A stretch of DNA of 64,000 bases from positions 34,873 through 98,872 of the forward strand of contig JADFDP010000002.1 in assembly GCA_018262835.1 (NCBI GenBank). Direction: 5' to 3'. Position 1 is the stretch's first letter; every line of letters starts with the position of its first letter. Source of the stretch: Candidatus Aminicenantes bacterium (GTDB lineage: Bacteria > Acidobacteriota > Aminicenantia > UBA2199). Shown piece after piece: positions 51,722 through 60,129 of the stretch. The notes under the pieces are model-generated. The model was given only the letters and a program-made list of their open reading frames with translations, had not been told where the DNA came from and ran no database searches. Made by a program: the position numbers and the translations under genes.

Positions 51722-52732
51722 TTAGAACTGATAATACCAGGTGATGTTGAAATAGGTGTCGCTGGCCGGCTTGACGCCGTTGTTTTCCTTGTAGGAGACC
51801 ATCTTGATATTGGGCATGATCTGGAACTTGGGGTGGATGTTCCAGGCCAGGCCGAAGATGGCCAGGTTGGTCTTGTAGCCCTTCTCGATGAGCAGGTAGT
51901 CGCCCTGGCCATGGAGCTGCGGGTCCATGCTCATGTCGTAGCGCGCCACGGCCTCGAACTTCTTGCCGAGCTTGGCCACGGCAAAAGCGGAGAGAACGGC
52001 CATGTTGGCATCGTCCTTGCCGTCTTCCTTGACCATTTCCTGGCCGAAGTTCACGCCCAGGCGGCCCCAATCGTCCTTGTAGCCGACAAAGCCCTGGATC
52101 AGGGAGGAGGTCTTGACTCCGGACACGGTGCTGATGTCGCCGTTGACCTCGACCAGCAGCTTGGGGGTGACGTTGACGAAGAAGCGGGCGCCGACCTGCT
52201 TGTACTTGTCGGTCTCGTTCTTGTTGCCCGAGTAGTTGCCGTACTGCACGCTGTAGTTGAACTTCTTGGCGGCATCGAGCGCGCCGCTGAAATCGATGGC
52301 GAAGTCGCGCGAAGAGCGGTTCTTGTACAGGTCGAACATGGTCTTCTCGAGGTGGCGGTAGCCGTAGAACTTCTCGATGTTGGCGAAGGCCAGGCTGTCC
52401 TGGATGCCGACGGTGAGCTTGTGCAGCGGGGCATACTGGTAGGAGATGTAGGCGTCCTTCAGATAGGGGGTGATGTTCGCAGCCGAGGTGCTGAAGCTGC
52501 CGGGGCTGTTGAGTTCCAGGCGGGCGCGGGCCTTGAACTTGTCCGAGATGTCGCTCTCGTAAGTGATGTAGACGCGGCGCAGCCAGAAGCCGTTGAGGTC
52601 TTCCAGCTCGGCCTTGTGGTTTTTGAGCACGAAGTAGTAGTCGCCGAAGGCATATGCCGAGATGGCGGCGGGAAGCTTTGCGGCGCTCAAGACGAACAGG
52701 GCCAGCAGGGTGAACAGAATGATTCGTTTCAT
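51722..52732 (-). CDS. Outer-membrane beta-barrel, putative phosphate-selective porin (OprO/P-like)
   Basis: Signal peptide, RRVY, LKDAY, ARYD, terminal Phe; first gene of the pst operon. Confidence 0.75.
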   Translation of the reverse strand: MKRIILFTLLALFVLSAAKLPAAISAYAFGDYYFVLKNHKAELEDLNGFWLRRVYITYESDISDKFKARARLELNSPGSFSTSAANITPYLKDAYISYQYAPLHKLTVGIQDSLAFANIEKFYGYRHLEKTMFDLYKNRSSRDFAIDFSGALDAAKKFNYSVQYGNYSGNKNETDKYKQVGARFFVNVTPKLLVEVNGDISTVSGVKTSSLIQGFVGYKDDWGRLGVNFGQEMVKEDGKDDANMAVLSAFAVAKLGKKFEAVARYDMSMDPQLHGQGDYLLIEKGYKTNLAIFGLAWNIHPKFQIMPNIKMVSYKENNGVKPASDTYFNITWYYQF

Positions 52733-52785
52733 TTTTTTTCCTCCGAAAAAATTTGCGTTTCCGCCTGGAGTATCACCTGGAGCGA

Positions 52786-52876
52786 TTAAGATGAAATAAA
52801 AATCGGGTTAATTTTCAGTTAATAAAAAATTAATTTGTTAACAAAAAATTAACTTTGTTTTAAAATGAAATTAACG
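52786..52876. promoter_or_regulatory. Two 11-bp-phased TTAA arrays (putative Pho boxes)
   Basis: TTAA at 52786, (52797), 52808, 52819, 52830 and at 52838, 52849, 52860, 52871. Confidence 0.7.
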
Positions 52877-52909
52877 GTTTCCGCTTATCATGCTGCTGAA
52901 GGAGTGAAA

Positions 52910-53335
52910 ATGGACAAGATCAAGGTTCTTTTCATTTGCGTGCACAACTCGGCCCGCAGCCAGATGGCCGAAGCCTTCCTGAACCTATACGGCGGTGAAC
53001 GCTTCGCGGCCGAAAGTGCCGGACTGGAGCCCGGGACTCTCAACCCGCTGGTGGTAAAAGCCATGGGTGAGATCGGCATTGATATCTCCGCCCAAAAAAC
53101 CCGCAGTGCTTTCGATCTGCTTCGTCAGGGAAAATGGTATGGCTGGGTGATCACGGTCTGCGACGAGAGCCAGGCCGAAGCCTGCCCGATCTTCCCCGGC
53201 GCTGGGAGGCGCTCCCATTGGGGATTCCCCGACCCGGCCGCGTTCACGGGCAGCGAGGACGAGAAGCTGGAGCAGGTGCGCAAACTGCGCGACCATATCG
53301 CTGCCAAAGTCAGGGAATGGCTGAAAGAGACTTAA
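52910..53335 (+). CDS. arsC: Thioredoxin-type arsenate reductase (LMWP fold)
   Basis: [13 protein letters not shown]-loop, TVC...ACP resolving cysteines, [15 protein letters not shown]. Confidence 0.88.
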   Translation: MDKIKVLFICVHNSARSQMAEAFLNLYGGERFAAESAGLEPGTLNPLVVKAMGEIGIDISAQKTRSAFDLLRQGKWYGWVITVCDESQAEACPIFPGAGRRSHWGFPDPAAFTGSEDEKLEQVRKLRDHIAAKVREWLKET

Positions 53336-53396
53336 GCCGGGGGGTTTTATAAATCGTCTTCAGGAAGAAGGGAAAAAGTGCATGGATCGGCGGCTG

Positions 53397-54050
53397 TTAA
53401 GATTTTCCAGTCTGCCGGCAGCGGCTTTGCACGATCCGGGCCAGTGCGTACAGGAAAATGTCGCTGCGCCGTGTGCGGCGGATGTCGTGGCGCCGGATCT
53501 CGAACCAGAAACAACACAGTTGTTGCAAAACCAGACACAAGGCGGAAATGGTGCCGGCTGCGTCGCCTCCGCCCCTGGCGGCTTGTTCCTTCAAATCGCG
53601 GTTCACCGCGATGATCCGTTCCTGGTAGTCCCAGACATTGCCGCCGTTGAAGCGGTGCATGTGATGGGTCTCCTGGAAAACGGCGTTCTTGACATCTTCT
53701 TCCAAAAGCAGATCCGCCTCATAGCGGATGAATTCCCTGAATTGTTCGGCTGGATTGACCGGTTCCTCGTTGATTTCGTCGTTTTTCGGAATATGGGTCA
53801 TGAAGCTGAGCAGGTACTGCAGGAGTTGACAGACTTTTTCGGATCTTTCTTTGCGGCGAAAAAATTGTTCCAGGTCGGCGGGCGACAAGACCGGGCTGGA
53901 ACGCTCCGCCAGCACCTCGCCCTGGCTGGCCTCCATTTTTTTCAGGAAATGGTTTGCCTCCTGCTTCAACCACGCGATTTTTTCCGGCCGGTTGAAGTTT
54001 TCCACGGCGAAAATTTGATCGATCTTCATTTGCCCGCTTAAACCGGTCAT
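53397..54050 (-). CDS. Hypothetical helical protein
   Basis: 217-aa ORF directly downstream of a small ORF; no family recognised. Confidence 0.7.
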   Translation of the reverse strand: MTGLSGQMKIDQIFAVENFNRPEKIAWLKQEANHFLKKMEASQGEVLAERSSPVLSPADLEQFFRRKERSEKVCQLLQYLLSFMTHIPKNDEINEEPVNPAEQFREFIRYEADLLLEEDVKNAVFQETHHMHRFNGGNVWDYQERIIAVNRDLKEQAARGGGDAAGTISALCLVLQQLCCFWFEIRRHDIRRTRRSDIFLYALARIVQSRCRQTGKS

Positions 54051-54052
54051 GT

Positions 54053-54259
54053 TCAGGCGGGATTGGAAAGGTTTTCGTTCTGATACAGTTCCTCCACTGA
54101 AAAGCAGTCTTTTTTAAACAGGATCTGGCCGCATTTGGGGCAGACCCGGGGTAATTCGTGCAGCGATTGATATGCGAAATCCTGATGTTCGTCGTAGACT
54201 TCTTCGAATAGCAATTCGTTTTCGTCGCGCGGGCAATAATACAGGGTTTTGGCTTTCAT
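54053..54259 (-). CDS. Small zinc-ribbon-like protein
   Basis: YYCPRD...CPKCG; ATG next to the predicted sigma54 start site. Confidence 0.7.
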   Translation of the reverse strand: MKAKTLYYCPRDENELLFEEVYDEHQDFAYQSLHELPRVCPKCGQILFKKDCFSVEELYQNENLSNPA

Positions 54260-54270
54260 ATGAAGAATCA

Positions 54271-54286
54271 TGCAAAACATGTGCCA
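54271..54286 (-). promoter_or_regulatory. Sigma54 (-24/-12) promoter
   Basis: Exact TGGCAC-N5-TTGCA on the minus strand. Confidence 0.8.
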
Positions 54287-54361
54287 AATAGGGGCTGGTC
54301 CTGAAACCATTGTCTGCTTGTTGTTTTCGCTTTCACGACTTCCGGACCCAGGCAGCGCCGG

Positions 54362-54520
54362 TGTCCCAATTTGGGACACTCGCCGGAGCGATGCGTCAAA
54401 AGCCTTTCTGGCAAGGCCCGCCGGAGCCCGGGATCTGTCCCATTTTGGGATGGAAAGGGCATTTGCCGTAAATGGCCTGTCAGACTGGGTTTTCGACCGT
54501 CATTGTCCCATTTTGGGACG
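54362..54520. promoter_or_regulatory. Three palindromic sites TGTCCCA-N3-TGGGAYN (putative bEBP UAS)
   Basis: Sites at 54362-54378, 54436-54452 and 54504-54520. Confidence 0.7.
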
Positions 54521-54545
54521 ACCATGCGGCGGGTCTGCGCCGGAT

Positions 54546-54574
54546 TTGCTTTTTTATAAAAAAAATTGTATAAT
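54546..54574 (+). promoter_or_regulatory. Sigma70 promoter
   Basis: TTGCTT-N17-TATAAT. Confidence 0.7.
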
Positions 54575-54688
54575 TCATATATAGAAATGATGATTTTAAT
54601 GAAATTAGGAAAATTTTCAATTATATAAAAACAATCAATTATCCCTGAAATTGATTTTTTTCGAGATGATTGGTTGCCAGGAGGATGC

Positions 54689-56092
54689 ATGATATTTTTT
54701 AAAATGCCAAAGTTGATCATCGGCAACCGTACCGCTTCCCTGCCCATCGTCCAGGGCGGCATGGGGGTGGGGATCTCCCTTTCCGGCCTGGCGGCGGCAG
54801 TGGCGGCGCAGGGCGGCATCGGGGTCATCGCCGCCAACGGCATCGGCATGATCGAGCCCGATTACTACGAAGACGGCCGGAAGGCCAATATCAAGGCCCT
54901 GCGCAGCGAGATTCGCAAGGCCCGGAACCGCACATCAGGCCTGATCGGCGTCAACATCATGGTGGCGGCCAACGATTTCCAGCAGCTCCTGGACGTGGCC
55001 ATTGAAGAAAAAGCCGATGCCCTTTTCATGGGGGCGGGCTTGCCGATCAAGAACATCCCGGTGGCCAAGATCCGCGCCGCCAATGTCCTGGTGATCCCCA
55101 TTGTCTCTTCGGGCCGCGCCGCGGAGCTCATTTTCAAATATTGGGAAAAGACCTATGGCGATGTCCCCGACGCAGTGGTGGTCGAGGGTCCTATGGCCGG
55201 GGGGCATCTGGGCTTCAAAGCAGACCAGTTGGAGAATCCAGAACAGGCGCTGGAAATTCTCGTTCCCCAGGTCGTCGCCGCCGTTGCCCGTTTTCAGGAA
55301 ACCTTTCATAAAAAAATTCCGGTCATCGCCGCCGGGGGCATCTTCACCGGTGAAGATATCCTGCGCTTCCTGCAGCTGGGGGCGCAGGGTGTGCAGATGG
55401 CGACTCGCTTCGTGGCCACCGACGAGTGCGACGCCGATCCGCGTTTCAAAGAGGCGTATCTCAAATGCCGGCCTCAGGATATTGTCATCATCAAGAGTCC
55501 GGTCGGGCTGCCCGGACGGGCCATCCGCAACCATTTTCTGGACAATGCCGCCGCCGGCGTGCGCAATGTCAACCGCTGCGCCTGGCGCTGCCTGGACCAG
55601 TGCGATATCCAGCACGCCGACTATTGCATCTCGGCCGCCTTGGACAACGCCCGCCAGGGCTTGCTGGACCAGGGCTTCGCCTTTTGCGGCGCCAACGCCT
55701 ACCGCGTGGAAAAGATCGTTCCCGTGGCCGAATTGCTGGAAAGCTTGAAATATGAATATGAAGCGGCCTTTGTGCAGAGCCTGGTCACACTGAAGGACGA
55801 ATATGTCAAGGCGATCGAAAGAAAGTTCGCCGGGCTGCAGCAGGATTACCTGCAGGCCAGGCAGCGCTTCGTTCTCTTGCGCGCCGAAGCCGGCAAGGCC
55901 TGGGATATCCGCAAGGATTCGCTGCGTGAAGATTATGAAAGGGCCCAGGCCCTGTTCGAGAATTTGAAGGGCGAATACGAGACCGCCATGAAGAAATTGA
56001 ATTCGCTTAAGGAGCGCTTCCCGGAAAAACTCGCCGAACTGCAGGAGATCGCCCGCCGCTTCCAGGCGGAGCCGGCATTGAAGACGATCTAG
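54689..56092 (+). CDS. Nitronate monooxygenase-family (FabK/FabX-like) FMN enzyme with Cys cluster and helical C-terminal extension
   Basis: PIVQGGMGVG, EGPMAGGHLG, VIAAGG, SPVGLPGRA, CAWRCLDQC...YC. Confidence 0.88.
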   Translation: MIFFKMPKLIIGNRTASLPIVQGGMGVGISLSGLAAAVAAQGGIGVIAANGIGMIEPDYYEDGRKANIKALRSEIRKARNRTSGLIGVNIMVAANDFQQLLDVAIEEKADALFMGAGLPIKNIPVAKIRAANVLVIPIVSSGRAAELIFKYWEKTYGDVPDAVVVEGPMAGGHLGFKADQLENPEQALEILVPQVVAAVARFQETFHKKIPVIAAGGIFTGEDILRFLQLGAQGVQMATRFVATDECDADPRFKEAYLKCRPQDIVIIKSPVGLPGRAIRNHFLDNAAAGVRNVNRCAWRCLDQCDIQHADYCISAALDNARQGLLDQGFAFCGANAYRVEKIVPVAELLESLKYEYEAAFVQSLVTLKDEYVKAIERKFAGLQQDYLQARQRFVLLRAEAGKAWDIRKDSLREDYERAQALFENLKGEYETAMKKLNSLKERFPEKLAELQEIARRFQAEPALKTI

Positions 56093-56176
56093 GACAGGTC
56101 AGTTCCGCCGCCCGTACCGGGCACTCCCGGGATTGCCAACGATCTCCCGTTCAGGTATACTTCCGGCGGAGGGGCC

Positions 56177-56929
56177 ATGAAAAAATCAATCGTATGGATC
56201 TTGTCCATATTTACTCTGACGTTTGCGGCCAGGGGCGCGGACGGTGATCCCAGCCGCTGGACGGCCGAACTGGAAGGGGGCGCCGTGTTCTCGGGCTACA
56301 ATGATGCGCGCATCCCCAATGTCGGTGGCACCCTGGTCTCTCTTTCAAGGGACCTGGACATCGCGCCCAAGGCATATTACCGTCTGCGCCTTTCGTACGC
56401 GATCTCGCGGCGCCACGAGCTCTCCCTGCTGTACGCGCCGCTGACCCTGAAGGCAAAGGGGACGCTGCCGGTCGCGGTCCATTTTACCGGCGTCCTGTTC
56501 CCGTCGGGGGTGGGCGTGGACGGCATCTATACCTTCAACTCCTATCGCCTTACCTACCGCTATCGTCTGGTGGACCGGGCGCGCCTGCGCCTGGATATCG
56601 GCTTCACCGCCAAGATCCGCGACGCCGAGATCGCGCTGGCCGCGCCGGGCCTCAATGCCAGCAAGACCAACGTCGGCTTCGTGCCGCTACTGCACTTGCG
56701 CCTGGGCTGGGACTGGAATGAGAAGCTGGGCCTGCTGCTGGAAGCCGACGGCGCCGCCGCCAAGCAGGGGCGCGCCGAGGACGTGCTGCTGGCGCTGACC
56801 TGGCGGCTCTCGCCCCGGGCGCAGCTTCGTTTCGGCTACCGTTTCGTCGAAGGCGGCGCCGATGTCGACGAAGTCTACAACTTCGCCTGGATCCACTATG
56901 TCGCCGCCGGGCTGGTTTTCAACTTCTAG
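56177..56929 (+). CDS. Outer-membrane beta-barrel protein
   Basis: Signal peptide, alternating strands, terminal Phe; TTGCCA-N17-TATACT at 56133-56161. Confidence 0.75.
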   Translation: MKKSIVWILSIFTLTFAARGADGDPSRWTAELEGGAVFSGYNDARIPNVGGTLVSLSRDLDIAPKAYYRLRLSYAISRRHELSLLYAPLTLKAKGTLPVAVHFTGVLFPSGVGVDGIYTFNSYRLTYRYRLVDRARLRLDIGFTAKIRDAEIALAAPGLNASKTNVGFVPLLHLRLGWDWNEKLGLLLEADGAAAKQGRAEDVLLALTWRLSPRAQLRFGYRFVEGGADVDEVYNFAWIHYVAAGLVFNF

Positions 56930-57034
56930 ACCTGCTTTTCCCATGCCTGCCTGGTCGGCTGCCCCTTGAGCTTGCCAGGAGGGTCGCGGGGCTGGAAATG
57001 AACCCGGCCGGGAATGCGCCGGAAGGAACGAAAA

Positions 57035-58885
57035 ATGGACGATGTGTTGAAGACGGCGAAGAGTTGCAGGCATTATGCCATGTGCAAGATCGATTTTCTG
57101 GGTACGGGGTTGTGCAGGGCGGGAGAGGAAAAACATTTTGTCAGCTTTTATCCCCAGGGGCGGATGGATCTCTACGCGGCCCTGGCGGAGAACAGGATCC
57201 CTATTACCGAAAAGTGTGTCGAGATCGCGGAGAGCTGCGACCTCTGCGGCAAATGCGACTACCAGTGCTATTTTGTGACGGAAATGAAACCGACTGCCGT
57301 GATGAAGGCTTTGAAGGAGCATATAAGGCTTCACCTGGAGAACGGCGGGGATGTGCTGGCCGCTGAAAAAGACAGCATCCTGGATGGAATCAAAGAAATA
57401 GTGGGTGACGATTGGGCAACAAACGACCGGGCGATCGCCCTTACCTATTCTCATGATCCTTGCCCGGCCGCTGAGCCGCGCCTGCCTGATTATATTGCCA
57501 TGCCGGGTTCAAGCGCCGAAATTTCGGCCGTGATTCAGCTTCTGAATCGTCATGGAATTCCTTATGCCGTAAGGGGGAACGGATCCAGTGTGATGGGTTT
57601 CGTCATGAGCGAAGGCGCGGTGATCGACCTGGGCAGAATGAAGGCCATCGTCTTTGACGAGAAGAACTGGCTGGTTAAAGTGGGCCCCGGCGTCGCCGCA
57701 TTCGATCTTCAGAAAGCGGCCGTGAAGCGCGGATTCAGGGTAAATGCTGCCGAGCCTTCGGCGCTGGTTTGCGCCAATATCATGTGTTCGGGAATATTCT
57801 CGACATTCTCGGCGAGCTACGGTACGGCAGCGGATAATTACATCGATGCCGAATTTGTTGGGCACGACGGCAGCGTGTTCAGGCTGAGCGATCCGTCTGC
57901 ACCCAACCTTTTTGGATTCCGGCGGGCGGATTCGGCGCTGCCGGGGATATGCTCATCTGCCAGTATCAGGCTTCACCCTGTCCCTGCCGATGAAGGCGCC
58001 GCGTTTGTTCCATTTGCGTCCCTCGAGCGGGCGCTTGATTTTGCCAGGGAGTGCGCCGGACGCCGCATCGGACTCGCCATCGGCGTGCTGGGCGGAGAAT
58101 ATGTTTCGGTTTTTCTCTCTCCCACGAAAAAACTTGCGGCAGAGGTGAAGGATGCCTTCAGGGACAAATTGAAGATGGAATACCTTGTCCTGGTGATCGG
58201 GGACAAATACGCACTCCATTCCATAAAAGCGATGGGATATCCCTACTTCGACAATCGCATGATCAGGATCCTGAACCTGGGGCTCCCCGCGCTCACCTCG
58301 GCCAAATGGCTTGACCTGATGGATGAGCTTGCCGACGATAAACCGTTTTCCTATCTGGGACTTGCCCATTTCCCTGACCTGGCCGAGGCGGCGCTCGCTC
58401 CATCTTCCGCCCAGCTTGTAGGCGATGTTGACCCGGAACTGCGGCCATTCTTCGAGAAGCTTTATGCCAGGCCCGAGATGACCGACCCGGTGTGGCTGAA
58501 CATGTTCCGGATCGTCAGCGCGCGCATGGGGCGTGAAAAGCACGTGGTGGCCATGATCATCTATCTCCCGATAGACCATACGCTCATTGCCGGGATTGGC
58601 CGCGAGTTCAAGCGCATCGCGGACAGCCACGGGCTGAAGAACGATTTCGGCTTCATCACCCCTCTTGACGACGGCAAGCGCTGCGTGTTCGAGTACGACT
58701 ATTACCTTGATCAGAACGACCCGCGTGAAAAAATAAAGATGCGCCAGGCCATGATGGAAACCGGGATGATGATAGAGAAGTTTTCAGCCGCGACCGGGAC
58801 CGTCACCTGGATCCGCCATGTGTTCTGCCAGGGGTTCAGCAGGAAGGAGAGTTTTCTCTATTCGGGAGCCGGTACTGGCCCATGA
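57035..58885 (+). CDS. FAD-binding (VAO/PCMH) oxidoreductase with N-terminal Fe-S domain
   Basis: CRHYAMC...C, CDLCGKC...C; P...RGNGSS, IDLGRM, VGPGV. Confidence 0.8.
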   Translation: MDDVLKTAKSCRHYAMCKIDFLGTGLCRAGEEKHFVSFYPQGRMDLYAALAENRIPITEKCVEIAESCDLCGKCDYQCYFVTEMKPTAVMKALKEHIRLHLENGGDVLAAEKDSILDGIKEIVGDDWATNDRAIALTYSHDPCPAAEPRLPDYIAMPGSSAEISAVIQLLNRHGIPYAVRGNGSSVMGFVMSEGAVIDLGRMKAIVFDEKNWLVKVGPGVAAFDLQKAAVKRGFRVNAAEPSALVCANIMCSGIFSTFSASYGTAADNYIDAEFVGHDGSVFRLSDPSAPNLFGFRRADSALPGICSSASIRLHPVPADEGAAFVPFASLERALDFARECAGRRIGLAIGVLGGEYVSVFLSPTKKLAAEVKDAFRDKLKMEYLVLVIGDKYALHSIKAMGYPYFDNRMIRILNLGLPALTSAKWLDLMDELADDKPFSYLGLAHFPDLAEAALAPSSAQLVGDVDPELRPFFEKLYARPEMTDPVWLNMFRIVSARMGREKHVVAMIIYLPIDHTLIAGIGREFKRIADSHGLKNDFGFITPLDDGKRCVFEYDYYLDQNDPREKIKMRQAMMETGMMIEKFSAATGTVTWIRHVFCQGFSRKESFLYSGAGTGP

Positions 58886-60063
58886 CCGGAATCAAAGCGG
58901 GAGGCGACGAGCCGCATCTGCTGACCGGCGCCACGGGCTTTTTGGGGAGCCATATCATGGCCGGGCTTCTGGCTGAAGGCAAAAGGGTTGTCATCGCCGG
59001 GCGGTCCTCGAGCCGGGAACCGCTGAAGGAAAGGATCCGCAGGCTGCTCCATTGGTTCGGGATGGAATGCCGCGAAGGGCTGCTCGAATTTCATGAAATT
59101 GATTTTCTGAAGCCCAGGATGGGCCTTGGCCGGGCCGAATACGACCGTCTGCGCGGCAGGGGCTGCCCCGTCATCCACTGCGCGTCGGATACCCGTTTTA
59201 CCGAGAAGAACCGGGCCATGGTGATGAAGTCCAATGTAGAGAGTCTCGCAACGATCCTGGATTTCGCAACCGCAAGCGGGGCGCGGTGGTTTCACTTCAT
59301 CAGCTCGGCCTATGCCGCCGGTATCGACAGGTTCGCATGCCCCGAGGCGCCGGTGCATTCGCTGCGTTTCAACAATGTATACGAGGAGAGCAAGGCCCTG
59401 GCCGAGGACAGGGTGGCCGGGAAATGCCGGGAGGAAAAGATCCCGTACACCATCATCCGTCCTGCGATCGTATACGGGGATTCCTCCACGGGGAAATCGC
59501 TCAGGTTCAATGCGCTCTATTTTCCGGTCAGGTCCCTGCAGCATATACGGGATATCTATCTCGATGAAATAAAGAATCGTAACGGGATGAAGGCGGCGGA
59601 GTGCGGCATTTTCATTAATGATGAAGGTGTGCTCCATCTTCCGATCAGGATATTCATTCCGCATGAGGGCAAAATAAACCTTGTTCCCGTGAATTATTTC
59701 ACTAAGACGATTCTCGCCATACTTGAGAAACCTGAAAACGAAACGTTTTATCACATCACCAGCAACCGCCCTGAAAACATGACGAGACTGGCCTCCTATG
59801 CCGAACGGTTTCTGGAAATAACCGGCATCGAGGTGGTCATTGGCGCGGCGGGAGCGGATGCGATGAAAAATCCCCCCGAGGAACTCTTTGACTATTTCAT
59901 CAAGGCATACCGGCCCTATATTTCCGATAAAAGGGATTTTTTTAGGGAGAATACGGACCGGGCAACCGGCGGCGTTCTCCCGCCGGATTTCGGCTATGAG
60001 ATTTTCCAGAAATGCATGGCTTTTGCCGTTGCCGCTGACTGGGGCAAAAGGCTTTTTGATTGA
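58882..60063 (+). CDS. Extended SDR, thioester/fatty acyl reductase-like
   Basis: LTGATGFLG, IHCAS, ISSAY, YEESK, RPAIVYG; ATGA overlap with the upstream gene. Confidence 0.82.
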   Translation: MTGIKAGGDEPHLLTGATGFLGSHIMAGLLAEGKRVVIAGRSSSREPLKERIRRLLHWFGMECREGLLEFHEIDFLKPRMGLGRAEYDRLRGRGCPVIHCASDTRFTEKNRAMVMKSNVESLATILDFATASGARWFHFISSAYAAGIDRFACPEAPVHSLRFNNVYEESKALAEDRVAGKCREEKIPYTIIRPAIVYGDSSTGKSLRFNALYFPVRSLQHIRDIYLDEIKNRNGMKAAECGIFINDEGVLHLPIRIFIPHEGKINLVPVNYFTKTILAILEKPENETFYHITSNRPENMTRLASYAERFLEITGIEVVIGAAGADAMKNPPEELFDYFIKAYRPYISDKRDFFRENTDRATGGVLPPDFGYEIFQKCMAFAVAADWGKRLFD

Positions 60064-60129
60064 CCCGGCGCCCAAGATAAAAAATTTTCGTTGGTGGTTA
60101 TTTTTCTAAAAAATTGGTAAGATGCAGAA

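Noticed and set aside
57035..58885. Direct assignment as alkyl-DHAP synthase or D-lactate dehydrogenase
   Set aside because: Catalytic C-terminal His motif absent; left as an unassigned VAO-family enzyme
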